64,000 nucleotides of DNA from an uncultured Chloroflexia bacterium (GCA_963833225.1 CAWHXD010000007.1:320001-384000), one strand, 5' to 3'; shown: positions 39,564 to 49,566, numbered from the stretch's first letter. Made by a program: numbers and translations. Notes: generated by a model not told the origin, from the sequence alone.

Positions 39564-40261
39564 CAGACGCGCGACGGCGTCGATTCGGGTGATCCGCCTT
39601 CCTCGTCGAGCGACGCGGCCAGCCCGTCGATGAGCAGGTCCAGCCCAAAGTCGAACTCGACCCCGAAGTCGTAGCCCGGCTGGAGGACGTGCTCGGCGGT
39701 GAACCGCGCGAGGTGCGGATACGCGTCCGAGGGGAGCGCCGCGAGCATCGCCTGGGCCAGGTCGGCGACCTCGGCGCCGGTTTCGAACGGGAGCGTGGCC
39801 TCCTGGAGGACGAAGCCATAGACGAAGGCGTCGAGGATCGCGATCCCGTGGGCAACCGCGGGTGCGGCGAACCCGGCCCCGTACAGGGTCCCCAGCACCG
39901 CGTCGTGCTGGCGGAGCGTCATCGGGCCGGGGTTGACCCTCGACTCGAGCAGGGCAACCGCCCACGGATGGCGGCGCAGCACCGCGCGAGCGGATGCGTA
40001 GCGCGCCCGCAGCTCGGTGCGCCAATCGCCACCGGCGACCGGCAGCTCGAACTCGGCGAACACCGCGTCCACAATCCCGTCGAGGATGGCGTCCTTGCCC
40101 GGGACGTGGTGGTAGACCGACATGGGCTTGACGCCAAGCTCTGTCGCCAGGGAGCGGATGGTGAGCGCAGCGATCCCGTCGCGATCGGCGACCGCGATCG
40201 CGCCCGCCAGCACCCGCTCACGAGTGAGCGGCGTTCGCGCGCTGCCGGTTCGAGCGGCCAT
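39563..40261 (-). CDS. TetR family regulator (TetR_C type)
   Basis: LTRERVL..AI.VADRDG...LTIRSLATELGVKPMSVYHHV, FDFGLDLLIDGL. Confidence 0.93.
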   Translation of the reverse strand: MAARTGSARTPLTRERVLAGAIAVADRDGIAALTIRSLATELGVKPMSVYHHVPGKDAILDGIVDAVFAEFELPVAGGDWRTELRARYASARAVLRRHPWAVALLESRVNPGPMTLRQHDAVLGTLYGAGFAAPAVAHGIAILDAFVYGFVLQEATLPFETGAEVADLAQAMLAALPSDAYPHLARFTAEHVLQPGYDFGVEFDFGLDLLIDGLAASLDEEGGSPESTPSRV

Positions 40262-40293
40262 TCGTGCACCTCATCGGGGTGGTGTCCCGGGGG

Positions 40294-40348
40294 TTGACAT
40301 CCAGCAGCGGGGATTGTACCGTACTTAGTACGTCGTACTTAGTACGGT
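40294..40348. promoter_or_regulatory. TTGACA-N17-TACCGT promoter overlapped by a tandem TetR operator, CGTACTTAGTACG x2 (40320-40332, 40334-40346)
   Basis: Two identical inverted repeats between divergent tetR and its target. Confidence 0.8.
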
Positions 40349-40400
40349 TCGCGAGATGGACGGACCGTGGGCGGCAGGATCGGATGAAGGAGTGATCGAG

Positions 40401-41426
40401 ATGACGACAGCCGAGGCGGTGATCGGGACCAGAGTGGGCGAGACGGCCGGGACGATGCGGGCAATGACCAGCGACCGGTACGGCTCCGCGGACGTCCTGC
40501 GGCTGGGGACCGTTGACGTGCCCGCGGTACGGGACGGCGAGGTGCTCGTGCGGGTGCACGCGGCGGGTGTGGACCGCGGCACGTGGCATCTGCTCACCGG
40601 ACGGCCGTACATCATGCGGTTGATGGGCTTTGGGCTGCGGCGACCGGCAACGCGCGTACCCGGACTCGACATGGCGGGCACCGTGGTCGCCGTGGGAGCC
40701 GGCGTGACCCGGTTCGCTCCCGGTGACGAGGTGTTCGGGATCGGGCGCGGCTCGTTCGCGGAGTACACGGTCGCGAGTGAGGCCAAGCTTGCGCACAAGC
40801 CCGCCTCGATCGGCTTCGAGCAGGCGGCCGTGATGCCGGTGTCGGGCATGACCGCCCTCCAGGGGCTCCGCGACGGCGGACGCCTCCAGCCGGGCCAGCG
40901 CGTGCTGATCCTCGGGGCGTCGGGCGGTGTCGGCAGCTACGCGGTCCAGGTCGCCAAGGCGATGGGGGCCGAGGTGACGGGCGTCGCGAGCACCGCCAAG
41001 CTCGATCTCGTCCGGGAGCTCGGGGCAGACCATGCGATCGACTACACGCGCCAGGACCCGACCGACGGCTCGGTCCACTACGACCTGATCCTCGACACGG
41101 GCGGCAGGACGCCGTTGCGACGGCTTCGCCGGGCCCTGACCAAGGACGGAACGCTGGTGATCGTCGGCGGTGAGGGTGGTGGCCGGGTGGCCGGTGGATT
41201 CGACCGGCAGATCCGCGCGGCGCTCTGGTCCCCATTCGTCTCCCAGCGGCTGACCGCCCTGGTGTCGGGCGAGCGGGGCACGGACCTCGAGCACCTGGCG
41301 GGGCTGGTTGAGGCAGGCTCGGTCACGCCGAGCATCGACCGTACCTATCCGCTGGCCGGCGTCCCGGAAGCGATCCGCCGGCTCGAGGCTGGCGAGGTGC
41401 GCGGCAAGGTGGCGATCACGGTCTGA
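40401..41426 (+). CDS. NAD(P)-dependent MDR/quinone oxidoreductase-like protein
   Basis: GEVLVRVHAAG, GLDMAGTV, GASGGVGSYAVQ, IDRTYPL, GKVAI. Confidence 0.9.
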   Translation: MTTAEAVIGTRVGETAGTMRAMTSDRYGSADVLRLGTVDVPAVRDGEVLVRVHAAGVDRGTWHLLTGRPYIMRLMGFGLRRPATRVPGLDMAGTVVAVGAGVTRFAPGDEVFGIGRGSFAEYTVASEAKLAHKPASIGFEQAAVMPVSGMTALQGLRDGGRLQPGQRVLILGASGGVGSYAVQVAKAMGAEVTGVASTAKLDLVRELGADHAIDYTRQDPTDGSVHYDLILDTGGRTPLRRLRRALTKDGTLVIVGGEGGGRVAGGFDRQIRAALWSPFVSQRLTALVSGERGTDLEHLAGLVEAGSVTPSIDRTYPLAGVPEAIRRLEAGEVRGKVAITV

Positions 41427-41451
41427 CGCCTGCCCGGTACGATCGCGGGCG

Positions 41452-43081
41452 ATGCGTTTCGATCTTCTGGTTCGCGGCGGCCTCCTCATCGACGGATCGG
41501 GCACGCCCGGTCGCCCGGCCGACATCGGCGTCGCGGGCGACCGGGTTGCGGCCGTCGGGGACCTGTCGGCGGTGCCCGACCGCGAGGTCGAGACGGTCAT
41601 CGACGCTGCCGGCCTCGTGGTCGCACCCGGCTTCATCGACCCGCACGGCCACTCGGACGCGACGGCGCTGATCGACGGGGCGCTCGCGAGCCACCTGCGG
41701 CAGGGGTACACGACCCAGCTGTCCGGCAACTGCGGCTACACGCTCGCCCCGCTCACGCCGCCGGCCCGGGCGCTGATTCAGCCGGACCTCGACGCCTGCG
41801 AGCTCGTGGCGCCGTGGTCCACGTTCGCGGAGTACCTCGAGGCGGTCGACGCCCAGCCGCTGGGCCTCAACGTCGCCTTCCTCGTCGGCCACGGCACCAT
41901 CCGGAGCGCGGTCCTCGGCCCGGACGACCGATCGCCGGACGACGCCGAGCTGGCAGCCATGGTCGCGCACGCCGAGGAGGCGCTCGACGCGGGAGCCGTG
42001 GGCGTCTCGACCGGGCTGATCTACGCGCCCGGGATGCATGCCCGGCCCGGGGAGATCGCCGCCGTCGTCGCGGCGGCCGCCCGGCGCGGCCGCCTGTACG
42101 CGACCCACATGCGCAACGAGTCGGCCGACGTGGCGAGCGCCCTCGACGAGGCAATCCTCACCGCGGAGGCAGCGGGCCGCATCGCTGGCCGGGAGGCCCG
42201 CCTCCAGGTGTCCCATCTCAAGGCCGCCGCGGTCTCGGTGTACGGCCAGGGGGCCGCGCTCATCGACCGTCTCGATGCCGCCCGCGCCGCGGGCCTCGAC
42301 GCCGCGGCGGACCAGTACCCGTACACGGCCGCCCACACGACCCTGGCCACGATCCTGCCCCCGGACGTCCTGGCCCTGGACCTCGACGAGACGGTTGCCG
42401 TCCTGCGCGATCCGGCAGGCCGGCGACGCATCCGTGACCTCCAGCGGCGCGGCATCGCGGGCTGGGAGAACGTCGCCGCCGATCCCGGTTGGGCGCGGCC
42501 TCGTGATCGGCTACTCGGCCACGCGGCCCTCGTGGAGCGGCCGGTCGCTCGCCGAGATCGCCGGCTCGGAGGGGGCGGATCCGGCCGACCTCGCAATGGA
42601 CATGCTCGCGGACGAGCGGCTGGCGGTCGACTGCATCGTGCACTGCATGGACGAGGGCGACATCGAGACGATCATGCGGGTGCCATGGATCGCCGTCTGC
42701 ACCGACGCCGAGGCCGTCCGGCCCGGACACGCGATCCTGGACCGCGGCGTGACCCACCCGCGCGCGTACGGCACCACCGCGCGGGTGCTCGGGCGGTACG
42801 TGCGGGAGCGCGGGGTGCTGTCGCTCGAGAGCGCCATCGCCAAGCTCACGTCGGTCCCGGCCGAACGGCTCGGCCTCGCGGACCGGGGCGTCGTACGCGA
42901 GGGGCTGGCCGCCGACCTTGTCGCGATCGACCCGGCGACCGTGCTCGACCGGGCGACCTTCGAGGATCCGGCCCGCTACCCGATCGGGATCCCGCATGTC
43001 GTGGTCAACGGGCGGCCCGTCGTTCGCGACGGCGAGGAGACGGGCGATCGGCCCGGCCGGCTCCTGCGGGCGTCATCCTGA
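41452..43081 (+). CDS. N-acyl-D-amino-acid deacylase family amidohydrolase, frameshifted near 42492
   Basis: APGFIDPHGHSD, GNCG, STGL.Y.PG, THMRNE, SHLK, DQYPYTA, then HPRAYGT, VVVNG; removing one G from TTGGGCGC joins the frames. Confidence 0.85.
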
Positions 43082-43095
43082 CCGCGTCCGCGTTG

Positions 43096-43878
43096 ATGAC
43101 CTCGAACGCCACCACCGAGTCGCCGGCCGTCGCTCGCCTGCCCGGCGGCGTTCTCGCCTACACGCTGCGGCGCAGCGGGCGGGCGACGCGTCTGCGGGTC
43201 ACGATCCACCCGGAGCGGGGCGTCGTGGTTACGGTGCCCGCCGGTGGACGAGGGTGGGGCCATCCCGAGGCGCTCGCGACGTCGTTCCTCGCGGAGCGCG
43301 AGCCGTGGGTCCGCCGGCACCTCGCCCGCCAGATTGCCGCCCGCGCGAGACTCGACGGCCGCGACTCGCTCGACGACGGGCGCCCGGTTCCGTACCGGGG
43401 CATGCCCCACCGGGTGCGCACCGTTCCGGCGCCGCCGGGCCGGCGGGCGACCGCCGTCTCCCGGGTGGGTGGCGACGACGGTGACGAGCTGCTCGTCGAG
43501 CGGGTCGCTCGTGACCGACGGACCACTGCCGCGATCCTCGAAGCCTGGTTCCGCGAGCGGGCGCGCGCCGCGCTCCAGCGCGCCGTGGACCATCACGCCG
43601 CGGCGCTCGGTGTGCGGCCCCGGAGCCTCACCATCCGTGACACAACCTCGCGCTGGGGCAGTTGCTCGCGGAAGGGAGCGGTGTCCTTCAGCTGGCGCCT
43701 GGTCCTCGCCCCGCCCGAGGCCCTCGAGACCGTGGCCGCGCACGAGCTGTGCCACCTGAAGGTGTTCGGCCACTCGGATCGGTTCTGGGCGCTGCTCTCG
43801 ACCCGCGTTCCGGACCACGCGACGTGGCGGCGCTGGCTGCGCAAGCACGCCCCGGAGCTCCACTCGGCGCTGACCTGA
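43096..43878 (+). CDS. YgjP/DUF45 (SprT-like) zinc metallopeptidase family protein
   Basis: SRWGSCS..G..SFSWRL..AP, AHELCHL, HS.RFW. Confidence 0.88.
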   Translation: MTSNATTESPAVARLPGGVLAYTLRRSGRATRLRVTIHPERGVVVTVPAGGRGWGHPEALATSFLAEREPWVRRHLARQIAARARLDGRDSLDDGRPVPYRGMPHRVRTVPAPPGRRATAVSRVGGDDGDELLVERVARDRRTTAAILEAWFRERARAALQRAVDHHAAALGVRPRSLTIRDTTSRWGSCSRKGAVSFSWRLVLAPPEALETVAAHELCHLKVFGHSDRFWALLSTRVPDHATWRRWLRKHAPELHSALT

Positions 43879-43886
43879 CGCATCCG

Positions 43887-43913
43887 GGAACCAAACCGCA
43901 GCCCTCGCGCGTC
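43887..43913 (+). promoter_or_regulatory. ECF-type promoter GGAACC-N17-CGTC
   Basis: Upstream of the lipoprotein gene; similar to two minus-strand sites. Confidence 0.5.
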
Positions 43914-43964
43914 ATACGCGCGCCTGCAGCCCATCCTGCCCCTCATCCTTCATGCCGAGGTTCC

Positions 43965-44627
43965 ATGACCACGCGGTCCGCTCCCGTCATCACCGCCCTC
44001 GCCGCGATCGGCCTGCTCGCTGCCGCGTGCGGCGGCACGCTGCCGACGCCGTCCCCCGTCCCGTCCGCCAGCCCCGTGCCCAGCCTGGAGGCATCTGTCC
44101 CCACGCCGGTCGCCGACCCCACGCCCGTTCTCACGCCGGGCGAGACGCCCATCGTGGGTGCCGTGGACGGCTCGCAGGACGGACCCAAGCTCTCGATCGT
44201 CGCCGTGGACGACGACACGATCGTCGCAACCATCGCCGATCCGGCCGCGAAGGCGTGGCGCATCAGCGTCGCCGGGACGGGCCCCTTGGGCGGCGATCGC
44301 TGGGACATCGTCGTCGAGACCGGTGACATCGGCCCTGTCGTCAGCGTGACCCAGGTCCAGGACGGTCGCGTGACGGACGTCATGGACCTGACCGGGTTCA
44401 TGGAGCCGACGGCAGCCGCCGGCGGCTGCCACGCCACCCTGCCCGTCTGCCTCGACTCAACGGGGTTCACCATCCCCGAGGGCAAGCACCGGTTCTCGGT
44501 CCGCCTCCATCTCCCGGAGGGCCAGGTGCCGCTGGTGATCCGCGGCGCCAGCGCGGCCTGGGACGGCGAGCCGTTCATCCTGGGCCCGTGGCACGAGACC
44601 GAGGCGTTCCCCTGGGGCGAGGGCTGA
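43965..44627 (+). CDS. Lipoprotein of unknown function
   Basis: LLAAAC lipobox, Pro/Ser/Thr linker, Cys pair CHATLPVC. Confidence 0.7.
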   Translation: MTTRSAPVITALAAIGLLAAACGGTLPTPSPVPSASPVPSLEASVPTPVADPTPVLTPGETPIVGAVDGSQDGPKLSIVAVDDDTIVATIADPAAKAWRISVAGTGPLGGDRWDIVVETGDIGPVVSVTQVQDGRVTDVMDLTGFMEPTAAAGGCHATLPVCLDSTGFTIPEGKHRFSVRLHLPEGQVPLVIRGASAAWDGEPFILGPWHETEAFPWGEG

Positions 44628-44659
44628 GCCCGGGGCCCCGGCTCCTCGCAGACACGACG

Positions 44660-44685
44660 ACGCCCGCCTCGATCGAGGCGGGCGT
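44660..44685. terminator. Perfect 26-bp palindrome; likely bidirectional terminator
   Basis: acgcccgcctcgatcgaggcgggcgt between the convergent lipoprotein and tRNA genes. Confidence 0.65.
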
Positions 44686-44701
44686 TTCGATTCCGGGTTG
44701 C

Positions 44702-44786
44702 TGGTGGGCCGGGGCAGAATTGAACTGCCACAGCCGAAGGCGAGGGTTTTACAGACCCTTGGGCTCACCACCTGCCCAACCGACCC
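44702..44786 (-). tRNA. tRNA-Tyr(GTA)
   Basis: Cloverleaf: GGGTCGG/CCGGCCC acceptor, AGGGT-CTGTAAA-ACCCT anticodon arm, long variable arm, TTCAATT loop, encoded CCA. Confidence 0.93.
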
Positions 44787-44790
44787 ACGA

Positions 44791-44866
<76 letters not shown>

Positions 44867-44961
44867 ACGGGAGCCGCACCCGACGAGTCGGGTCGACCGG
44901 CCGGGAAGTGTAGCACGCGACGACCGGCATTCTGAACGGTGCGAGTGGCTAGACTCGCGCG

Positions 44962-45861
44962 ATGCCCACCGGCCTGATCCTCGGCCTGCTCGCTTCGTTC
45001 GGCTGGGGGGCGCTCGACATCGCGGTCGCCCTCTCGACACGCACGGTGGGGACCCTGCGCGTCCTCGTGGGCTCGCAGCTGGTCAGCCTGGCCACGCTGG
45101 TCGTCATCGGCCTGCTGCAGCCCGCGCTCCTCGGCTCGTCACCGATCGAGGGCCTGATCGCCGGCTTCCCCCTGGGTCTGCTGGCCGCCATCGCCTATCT
45201 CTCGTACTTCACGGCGCTCCACCTGGGCCCGCTGAGCATCGTCAGCCCGGTCGTCGTCGCGTATGGCGGCGTGACGGTCGCGGCGGCGGTCGTCCTGCGC
45301 GGCGAGGTCCTCACCGCGCCGCAGGTTGCCGGCGTGCTGCTGGTCACGGCGGGTGTCGCCCTCGCGGGGCTGGTGATCGAGTCTGGTGGCGGGCGGCGGA
45401 TGCGGCTGGCGAGCCTTGGCGTGGCGGCCGCGGTGATCGCGCTGATCGGCTTCGCGATTCTCACCCTCGGCCTCGCGGATCCGATCCGGGCGCACGGCTG
45501 GCTGCCGGTCATCACCGGGTCGCGGCTGGGCAACAACGTCGGGGCGCTGACCCTGCTCGTGCTGGCCCTGGGTACCCGATCGCGCCGCCTCGCCCCGATG
45601 CTGGCGCCGTCCCTTCCCTGGACCCGGTCGGTGGTCATGTTCGTGATGCTCGGCGGGGCGTTCGACGTGGCGGCGTTCGTGGCCTACGCGATCGGTCTCG
45701 GGATCGCGCCGGTCTGGCTGATCGGGTTGTCGAGCTCGCTGGGGCCCGTGCTGCCGGTGGTCTACGCGATCGGCTGGCTGGGGGAGCGGCCGCGCCCGAC
45801 CCAGTGGGTGGGGCTGGCGCTGATCGTCGGCGGCATGGTGTCGCTGGCGCTCTCGGGATAG
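44962..45861 (+). CDS. EamA/DMT family transporter
   Basis: About 10 TM helices in two repeats, GPLSIVSP, LRGE, LGER; TAGACT 6 nt before ATG. Confidence 0.85.
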   Translation: MPTGLILGLLASFGWGALDIAVALSTRTVGTLRVLVGSQLVSLATLVVIGLLQPALLGSSPIEGLIAGFPLGLLAAIAYLSYFTALHLGPLSIVSPVVVAYGGVTVAAAVVLRGEVLTAPQVAGVLLVTAGVALAGLVIESGGGRRMRLASLGVAAAVIALIGFAILTLGLADPIRAHGWLPVITGSRLGNNVGALTLLVLALGTRSRRLAPMLAPSLPWTRSVVMFVMLGGAFDVAAFVAYAIGLGIAPVWLIGLSSSLGPVLPVVYAIGWLGERPRPTQWVGLALIVGGMVSLALSG

Positions 45862-45917
45862 GGCAGCGGTTCACGGGGCGCCTCGCCGTGGTCGTCGTGC
45901 CAAGCCTGGTCCCGCTC

Positions 45918-45945
45918 TTGACTAGTAGAACATTCGTTCTATTAT
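45918..45945 (+). promoter_or_regulatory. LexA (SOS) box TAGAACATTCGTTCTA (45926-45941) inside TTGACT-N16-TATTAT
   Basis: GAAC-N4-GTTC box upstream of imuA. Confidence 0.88.
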
Positions 45946-45955
45946 TGGACGTCCG

Positions 45956-47239
45956 ATGGCCCGCGCATCCGACGTCTCCGAGGCACTCACGACGCTCCAG
46001 GCCCGCTGGGGCGCGGCCGCTCCGCGCCGTGGTGGGGACCTGGGCCTGACCACCGAAGGCGCCCTCGCCCTTGCTCCGATGACGGCGCCGGACACCCGCC
46101 CGGAGCTCGTGCCGGACCCAGGTCACCCGGGTGCACCGGACCCGCTCGCGCCCGGCCCGCTCGCACCCGTCATCACGCGTCGGCCGGGCCTCCCAACCCC
46201 CGACACGGACGGGCGCGTGGTGTCCACCGGGTTCGCGGCGCTGGACGCCATCCTCGGGCCCGGCGGGCTTCCCCGGGACTCCACCGTCGCGCTTCGAGGC
46301 GCCCCCTCGTCCGGGCGCACGACGGTCGCGCTGCGGGTCGCCGCGGAGGCACAGGCTGGCGGAGCCATCGTCGCCTGGCTGGACCTCGCCCGTGCCTTCG
46401 ACCCGGTGGAGGCGGTCGCCCGTGGCGTCTGCCCGGAGTGGCTCGTGGTGCTGTCGCCGGTGGACCTCGAGGAGGCGCTGGCTCTTGCCGGGGCGCTGCT
46501 CGCGGCGCGGACGGTGGACCTGCTGGTGATGGACCTGCCGGAGGGTCGGGATCCCGCGATCACCGGCAAGCGGGTGGGGGACCGGCTGGGGCGGCTCACG
46601 GCGCTGGCACGCCGCGCGGGAACGCTGCTCGTGGTGTTGGAGCCCGCCAGTCTCGGCCGTGCCCTTGCGACCGCCATCGCGGAGGCGAGTGGCCTGCGCC
46701 TGGAGCTCCGGCGATCCGGCTGGGTCCGCCTGGGTCGGGATGTCGTGGGCCAGCGGAGCGCCGTGGAGGTGGCCCGCAACCGCTACGGGCCGCCGGGCCG
46801 CCGCGCCACGCTGGAGATCCTGTACGCGGAAGGGGGTCCGAGGGACGCCTGCCTCGCTCGTCCGGACCTGCTCGCCGGCCTGGCCGCCCCGGCCGCTCCG
46901 CCGGGCACGCCACGCCCCGCGGCGGCGTCCTCGTCGTCCCAGCCTCACATCGATCCGAAAGGCCCCCCGCTATCGGCCGATACCCATGCGCCTGCTGCAC
47001 CTGCTCTGGCCCCACCTGCCCCTGCGCCTGGCACGGGCGAGGGTGGAGGCCCCGTCGCCCGACGGCACCTCCGGCTCGTGGCCGCCCGGTCCGATCGTCC
47101 TCGGCGGACAGCCCTGGACGGACGGGGCCGTGGTGGACGCGGATCCCCTCGCGCGTGCGCTCGGCGTGCGACGGGGGATCCCGCTCGGGAGCGCCCATCG
47201 GCTCGCACCCGAGGCGACCTTCCTCGACCTCGCGCCTGA
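45956..47239 (+). CDS. imuA: ImuA-like RecA-superfamily accessory protein
   Basis: VSTGFAALDAILGPGGLPR, degenerate Walker A GAPSSGRTT, AWLD....FDP; first gene of the SOS cassette. Confidence 0.75.
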   Translation: MARASDVSEALTTLQARWGAAAPRRGGDLGLTTEGALALAPMTAPDTRPELVPDPGHPGAPDPLAPGPLAPVITRRPGLPTPDTDGRVVSTGFAALDAILGPGGLPRDSTVALRGAPSSGRTTVALRVAAEAQAGGAIVAWLDLARAFDPVEAVARGVCPEWLVVLSPVDLEEALALAGALLAARTVDLLVMDLPEGRDPAITGKRVGDRLGRLTALARRAGTLLVVLEPASLGRALATAIAEASGLRLELRRSGWVRLGRDVVGQRSAVEVARNRYGPPGRRATLEILYAEGGPRDACLARPDLLAGLAAPAAPPGTPRPAAASSSSQPHIDPKGPPLSADTHAPAAPALAPPAPAPGTGEGGGPVARRHLRLVAARSDRPRRTALDGRGRGGRGSPRACARRATGDPARERPSARTRGDLPRPRA

Positions 47240-48287
47240 CGCTGACCGGGACGCGGTCGAGGCCGCCTGCGATCGGCTGGCGGTGTTCAGCCCCGGCATC
47301 GCCGGCACGAGCGACGTCGCGGACCCCGCCTTCGGACGGATCGCGATCCACGTGGACGGTCTGGTCCGCCTGTGGGGGATCGAGGAGACGCTCGTTGCCC
47401 GGATGACAGCGGCGCTTGCCCCGGCCCTGCCCGGCCCTCCTCGTGCGGGGATCGCGGGCACGGCGTTCGCGGCGTCGGTCGCGGCGGCGCACGCGGCGGA
47501 GGGCGGCCCGCCGCTGCTGGTCCCGCCCGGCGACGACGCGCCGTTCCTCGCGACCTACCCGGCGCGCCTGCTCACGCGGGACGCGGACGTCCGGGCGCGG
47601 CTGGCCCGGTTCGGGTTGCGGACGATCGGGTCGGTGGCCGGGCTGCCGCGCTCGGCGCTGGTGGCCAGGTTTGGCGACGAGGGGGCATTGCTCCATGCCC
47701 GGGCGCACGGCGAGGAGACCGAGCGCTTCCGGCCTCGCAGCGCCCCCGAGCGGATGGCCCTGGGTCTCTCGCTGGAGCCCCCGGCAGAGGGCCTCGAGGG
47801 GGTGCGCTTCGTCCTCCGCCGCCTGGCCGGTGCCCTCGCGGACCAGCTGGTGGCGCGCGGCAGGGCTGCGGGGCTTGCGAGGCTCACCGTGACCCACGAC
47901 CTCGCGTTCGCCCGGCACGGGACGCCACTGGAGCTCTGGATCGAGCAGCGCTTTCCTGAGCCCACCGCGGATGCCGAAGCCATCGAGCGGCTGCTCCTCG
48001 CTCGCCTCGAGACGGCCCCCCCACCAGCCGCTGTCGCGCACCTTGAGCTGGAGCTGGGGCTGGTGGAGCCGGCGCGGGGCCAGCAGCTGCCGCTGTTCAC
48101 TCCCCAGGCGGCCCGCGATGCCCGCCTTGCCTGGCAGCTGGCGCGCCTGGCCATCGCGTTTGGCGCGGACCGGGTGCGGCGGGTGGAGCTGGCCGACCCG
48201 GAGGCGCCGCTCCCCGAGGCCCGCTGGCGCTGGCTGCCGGTGGCCGGGATCGCGGTGACGGACGGGGATCGCGAGGGTCGGCCATGA
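46986..48287 (+). CDS. imuB: ImuB-like inactive Y-family polymerase
   Basis: ARALGVRRG.PL..A, FSP, RAGIA, RFGLRTIG, clamp motif QLPLF; catalytic Asp motif absent. Confidence 0.82.
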   Translation: MRLLHLLWPHLPLRLARARVEAPSPDGTSGSWPPGPIVLGGQPWTDGAVVDADPLARALGVRRGIPLGSAHRLAPEATFLDLAPDADRDAVEAACDRLAVFSPGIAGTSDVADPAFGRIAIHVDGLVRLWGIEETLVARMTAALAPALPGPPRAGIAGTAFAASVAAAHAAEGGPPLLVPPGDDAPFLATYPARLLTRDADVRARLARFGLRTIGSVAGLPRSALVARFGDEGALLHARAHGEETERFRPRSAPERMALGLSLEPPAEGLEGVRFVLRRLAGALADQLVARGRAAGLARLTVTHDLAFARHGTPLELWIEQRFPEPTADAEAIERLLLARLETAPPPAAVAHLELELGLVEPARGQQLPLFTPQAARDARLAWQLARLAIAFGADRVRRVELADPEAPLPEARWRWLPVAGIAVTDGDREGRP

Positions 48288-48532
48288 CGCGGCTGTTGCG
48301 CGAGCACCCGCTGATCGACGCGGAGCTGGACGAGGCAGGGCGCCTCGTGGCGATCCGCTGGAACGGCCACCGGGAGCCAATCGAGGTCTGCAACCGGTGG
48401 CGGGTGGAGGAATCCTGGTGGCGCGAGCCGATCGCGCGGGACTATTTCAAGGTCGTGGGTCCGTCGTGGCTGGCGCTCGTGTACCTGGACCGGGCGGCCG
48501 GGACGTGGCACCTGGAGCGGCTCTACGACTGA
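48284..48532 (+). CDS. Small ImuB-C/DUF6504-like protein (82 aa)
   Basis: RWRVEESWW....RDYF.V...LVYLD....WHLERLYD; ATGA-coupled to imuB. Confidence 0.75.
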   Translation: MTRLLREHPLIDAELDEAGRLVAIRWNGHREPIEVCNRWRVEESWWREPIARDYFKVVGPSWLALVYLDRAAGTWHLERLYD

Positions 48533-48583
48533 ACCCCGCGCAGATCGCGGGGCTGGCGGCGACCGGTCGGTCGGCGGGCGGCG

Positions 48584-48691
48584 TCAGCGGACGGCCGGCG
48601 ACCCGAGCAGGGCTGTGATCACGAACAGCACGAGGAACAGCCCCACGACAAGGGCCAGCAATCCAAGGTCGCGCGGTCGTGTCGTCTGCAC
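48584..48691 (-). CDS. 35-aa single-TM peptide
   Basis: MQTTRPRDLGLLALVVGLFLVLFVITALLGSPAVR; ECF-type promoter upstream. Confidence 0.55.
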   Translation of the reverse strand: MQTTRPRDLGLLALVVGLFLVLFVITALLGSPAVR

Positions 48692-48743
48692 CGTTGCCCG
48701 TCATCCCCATCCCGGACCGGATCCGGCCGGTCGCCGACGGGTA

Positions 48744-48769
48744 GACGGCGCGCGCCGCCCAGTTGTTGC
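48744..48769 (-). promoter_or_regulatory. ECF-type promoter GCAACA-N16-CGTC
   Basis: Same geometry as 49707-49732. Confidence 0.55.
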
Positions 48770-48772
48770 GAC

Positions 48773-48871
48773 CTACGCGGGCAGCGCGCCCAGGACGATC
48801 AGCACGATGCACGCGGCCAGGACCAGGGCCAGCAGGCCGGCGCCCAGGACCTCGCGCGGTGTCGGTTCCAT
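48773..48871 (-). CDS. 32-aa single-TM peptide
   Basis: MEPTPREVLGAGLLALVLAACIVLIVLGALPA; RBS GAGGAG. Confidence 0.6.
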   Translation of the reverse strand: MEPTPREVLGAGLLALVLAACIVLIVLGALPA

Positions 48872-48897
48872 CGGGTTCTGTATCTCCTCGCTGTCGT

Positions 48898-49476
48898 TCA
48901 GCCCTCGCCGCCGGCGCAGCCGGCACCGTAGCGCACGATGATCATCGTCGATCCGCCTGCCGGGCGGAAGGTCGTCTGCACGCGGCACTCGGGGAGGTCC
49001 GACGCGAGGTCGAGGACCCGCGTCCCATCCTCCAGCGGTGAGCCGAGGTCAACCTGCGCCCAGCCCAGGTCCATGAACGCCGAGACGTACCAGGGGGCCA
49101 CGCTGTCAACGCCGGCATCGGTGATCCAGGCGCCGCTCACGGGCTCGTCGATGCCATCGGCGATGCTTGCGCCCGGGTAGACCGGGAACCCGTTGGGCAC
49201 GCGGTCGAGGATCGTGCCCCAGTCGGTGACCGTCGTCGCGGGCCGGTCCGGGATCTCGAGCGAGCCGGTGGCGCCGCCGGGAACTGGTGTGAGCTCGGCC
49301 GGTGATGGCGCGATCTGGCTCGCCGGCGCCGGGCCGGCGGGCGACGCCGTGGCTGGACCGGCGGCCCCCGTGCCCGATGGTCCCGGACCCCCGCACGCCG
49401 CGAGCGATACGGCAAGCGACGCGGCGACCAGCACCATCGGGAGCGCGGCGAACGGACGACGGATCGTGGTCGGCAT
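48898..49476 (-). CDS. Lipoprotein of unknown function
   Basis: SLAAC lipobox, Pro/Ala linker, GFPVYPGA; TAGGAT 7 nt before ATG. Confidence 0.7.
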   Translation of the reverse strand: MPTTIRRPFAALPMVLVAASLAVSLAACGGPGPSGTGAAGPATASPAGPAPASQIAPSPAELTPVPGGATGSLEIPDRPATTVTDWGTILDRVPNGFPVYPGASIADGIDEPVSGAWITDAGVDSVAPWYVSAFMDLGWAQVDLGSPLEDGTRVLDLASDLPECRVQTTFRPAGGSTMIIVRYGAGCAGGEG

Positions 49477-49500
49477 CGGGTTCATCCTACCCGCGGCACG

Positions 49501-49535
49501 AAGAAGGACCCTCGTCGCCCCAGCGACGAGGGTCC
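49501..49535 (-). terminator. Intrinsic terminator (13-bp stem plus TTCTT)
   Basis: ggaccctcgtcgc / gcgacgagggtcc. Confidence 0.7.
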
Positions 49536-49566
49536 GAGGGGAACCGGGCTGCCCAGGTCCCGGTTG

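Noticed and set aside
41308-43878. 856-aa apparent fusion of D-aminoacylase and a YgjP-like peptidase
   Set aside because: Artefact of the frameshift near 42492; the aminoacylase C-terminus is in another frame and stops at 43081.
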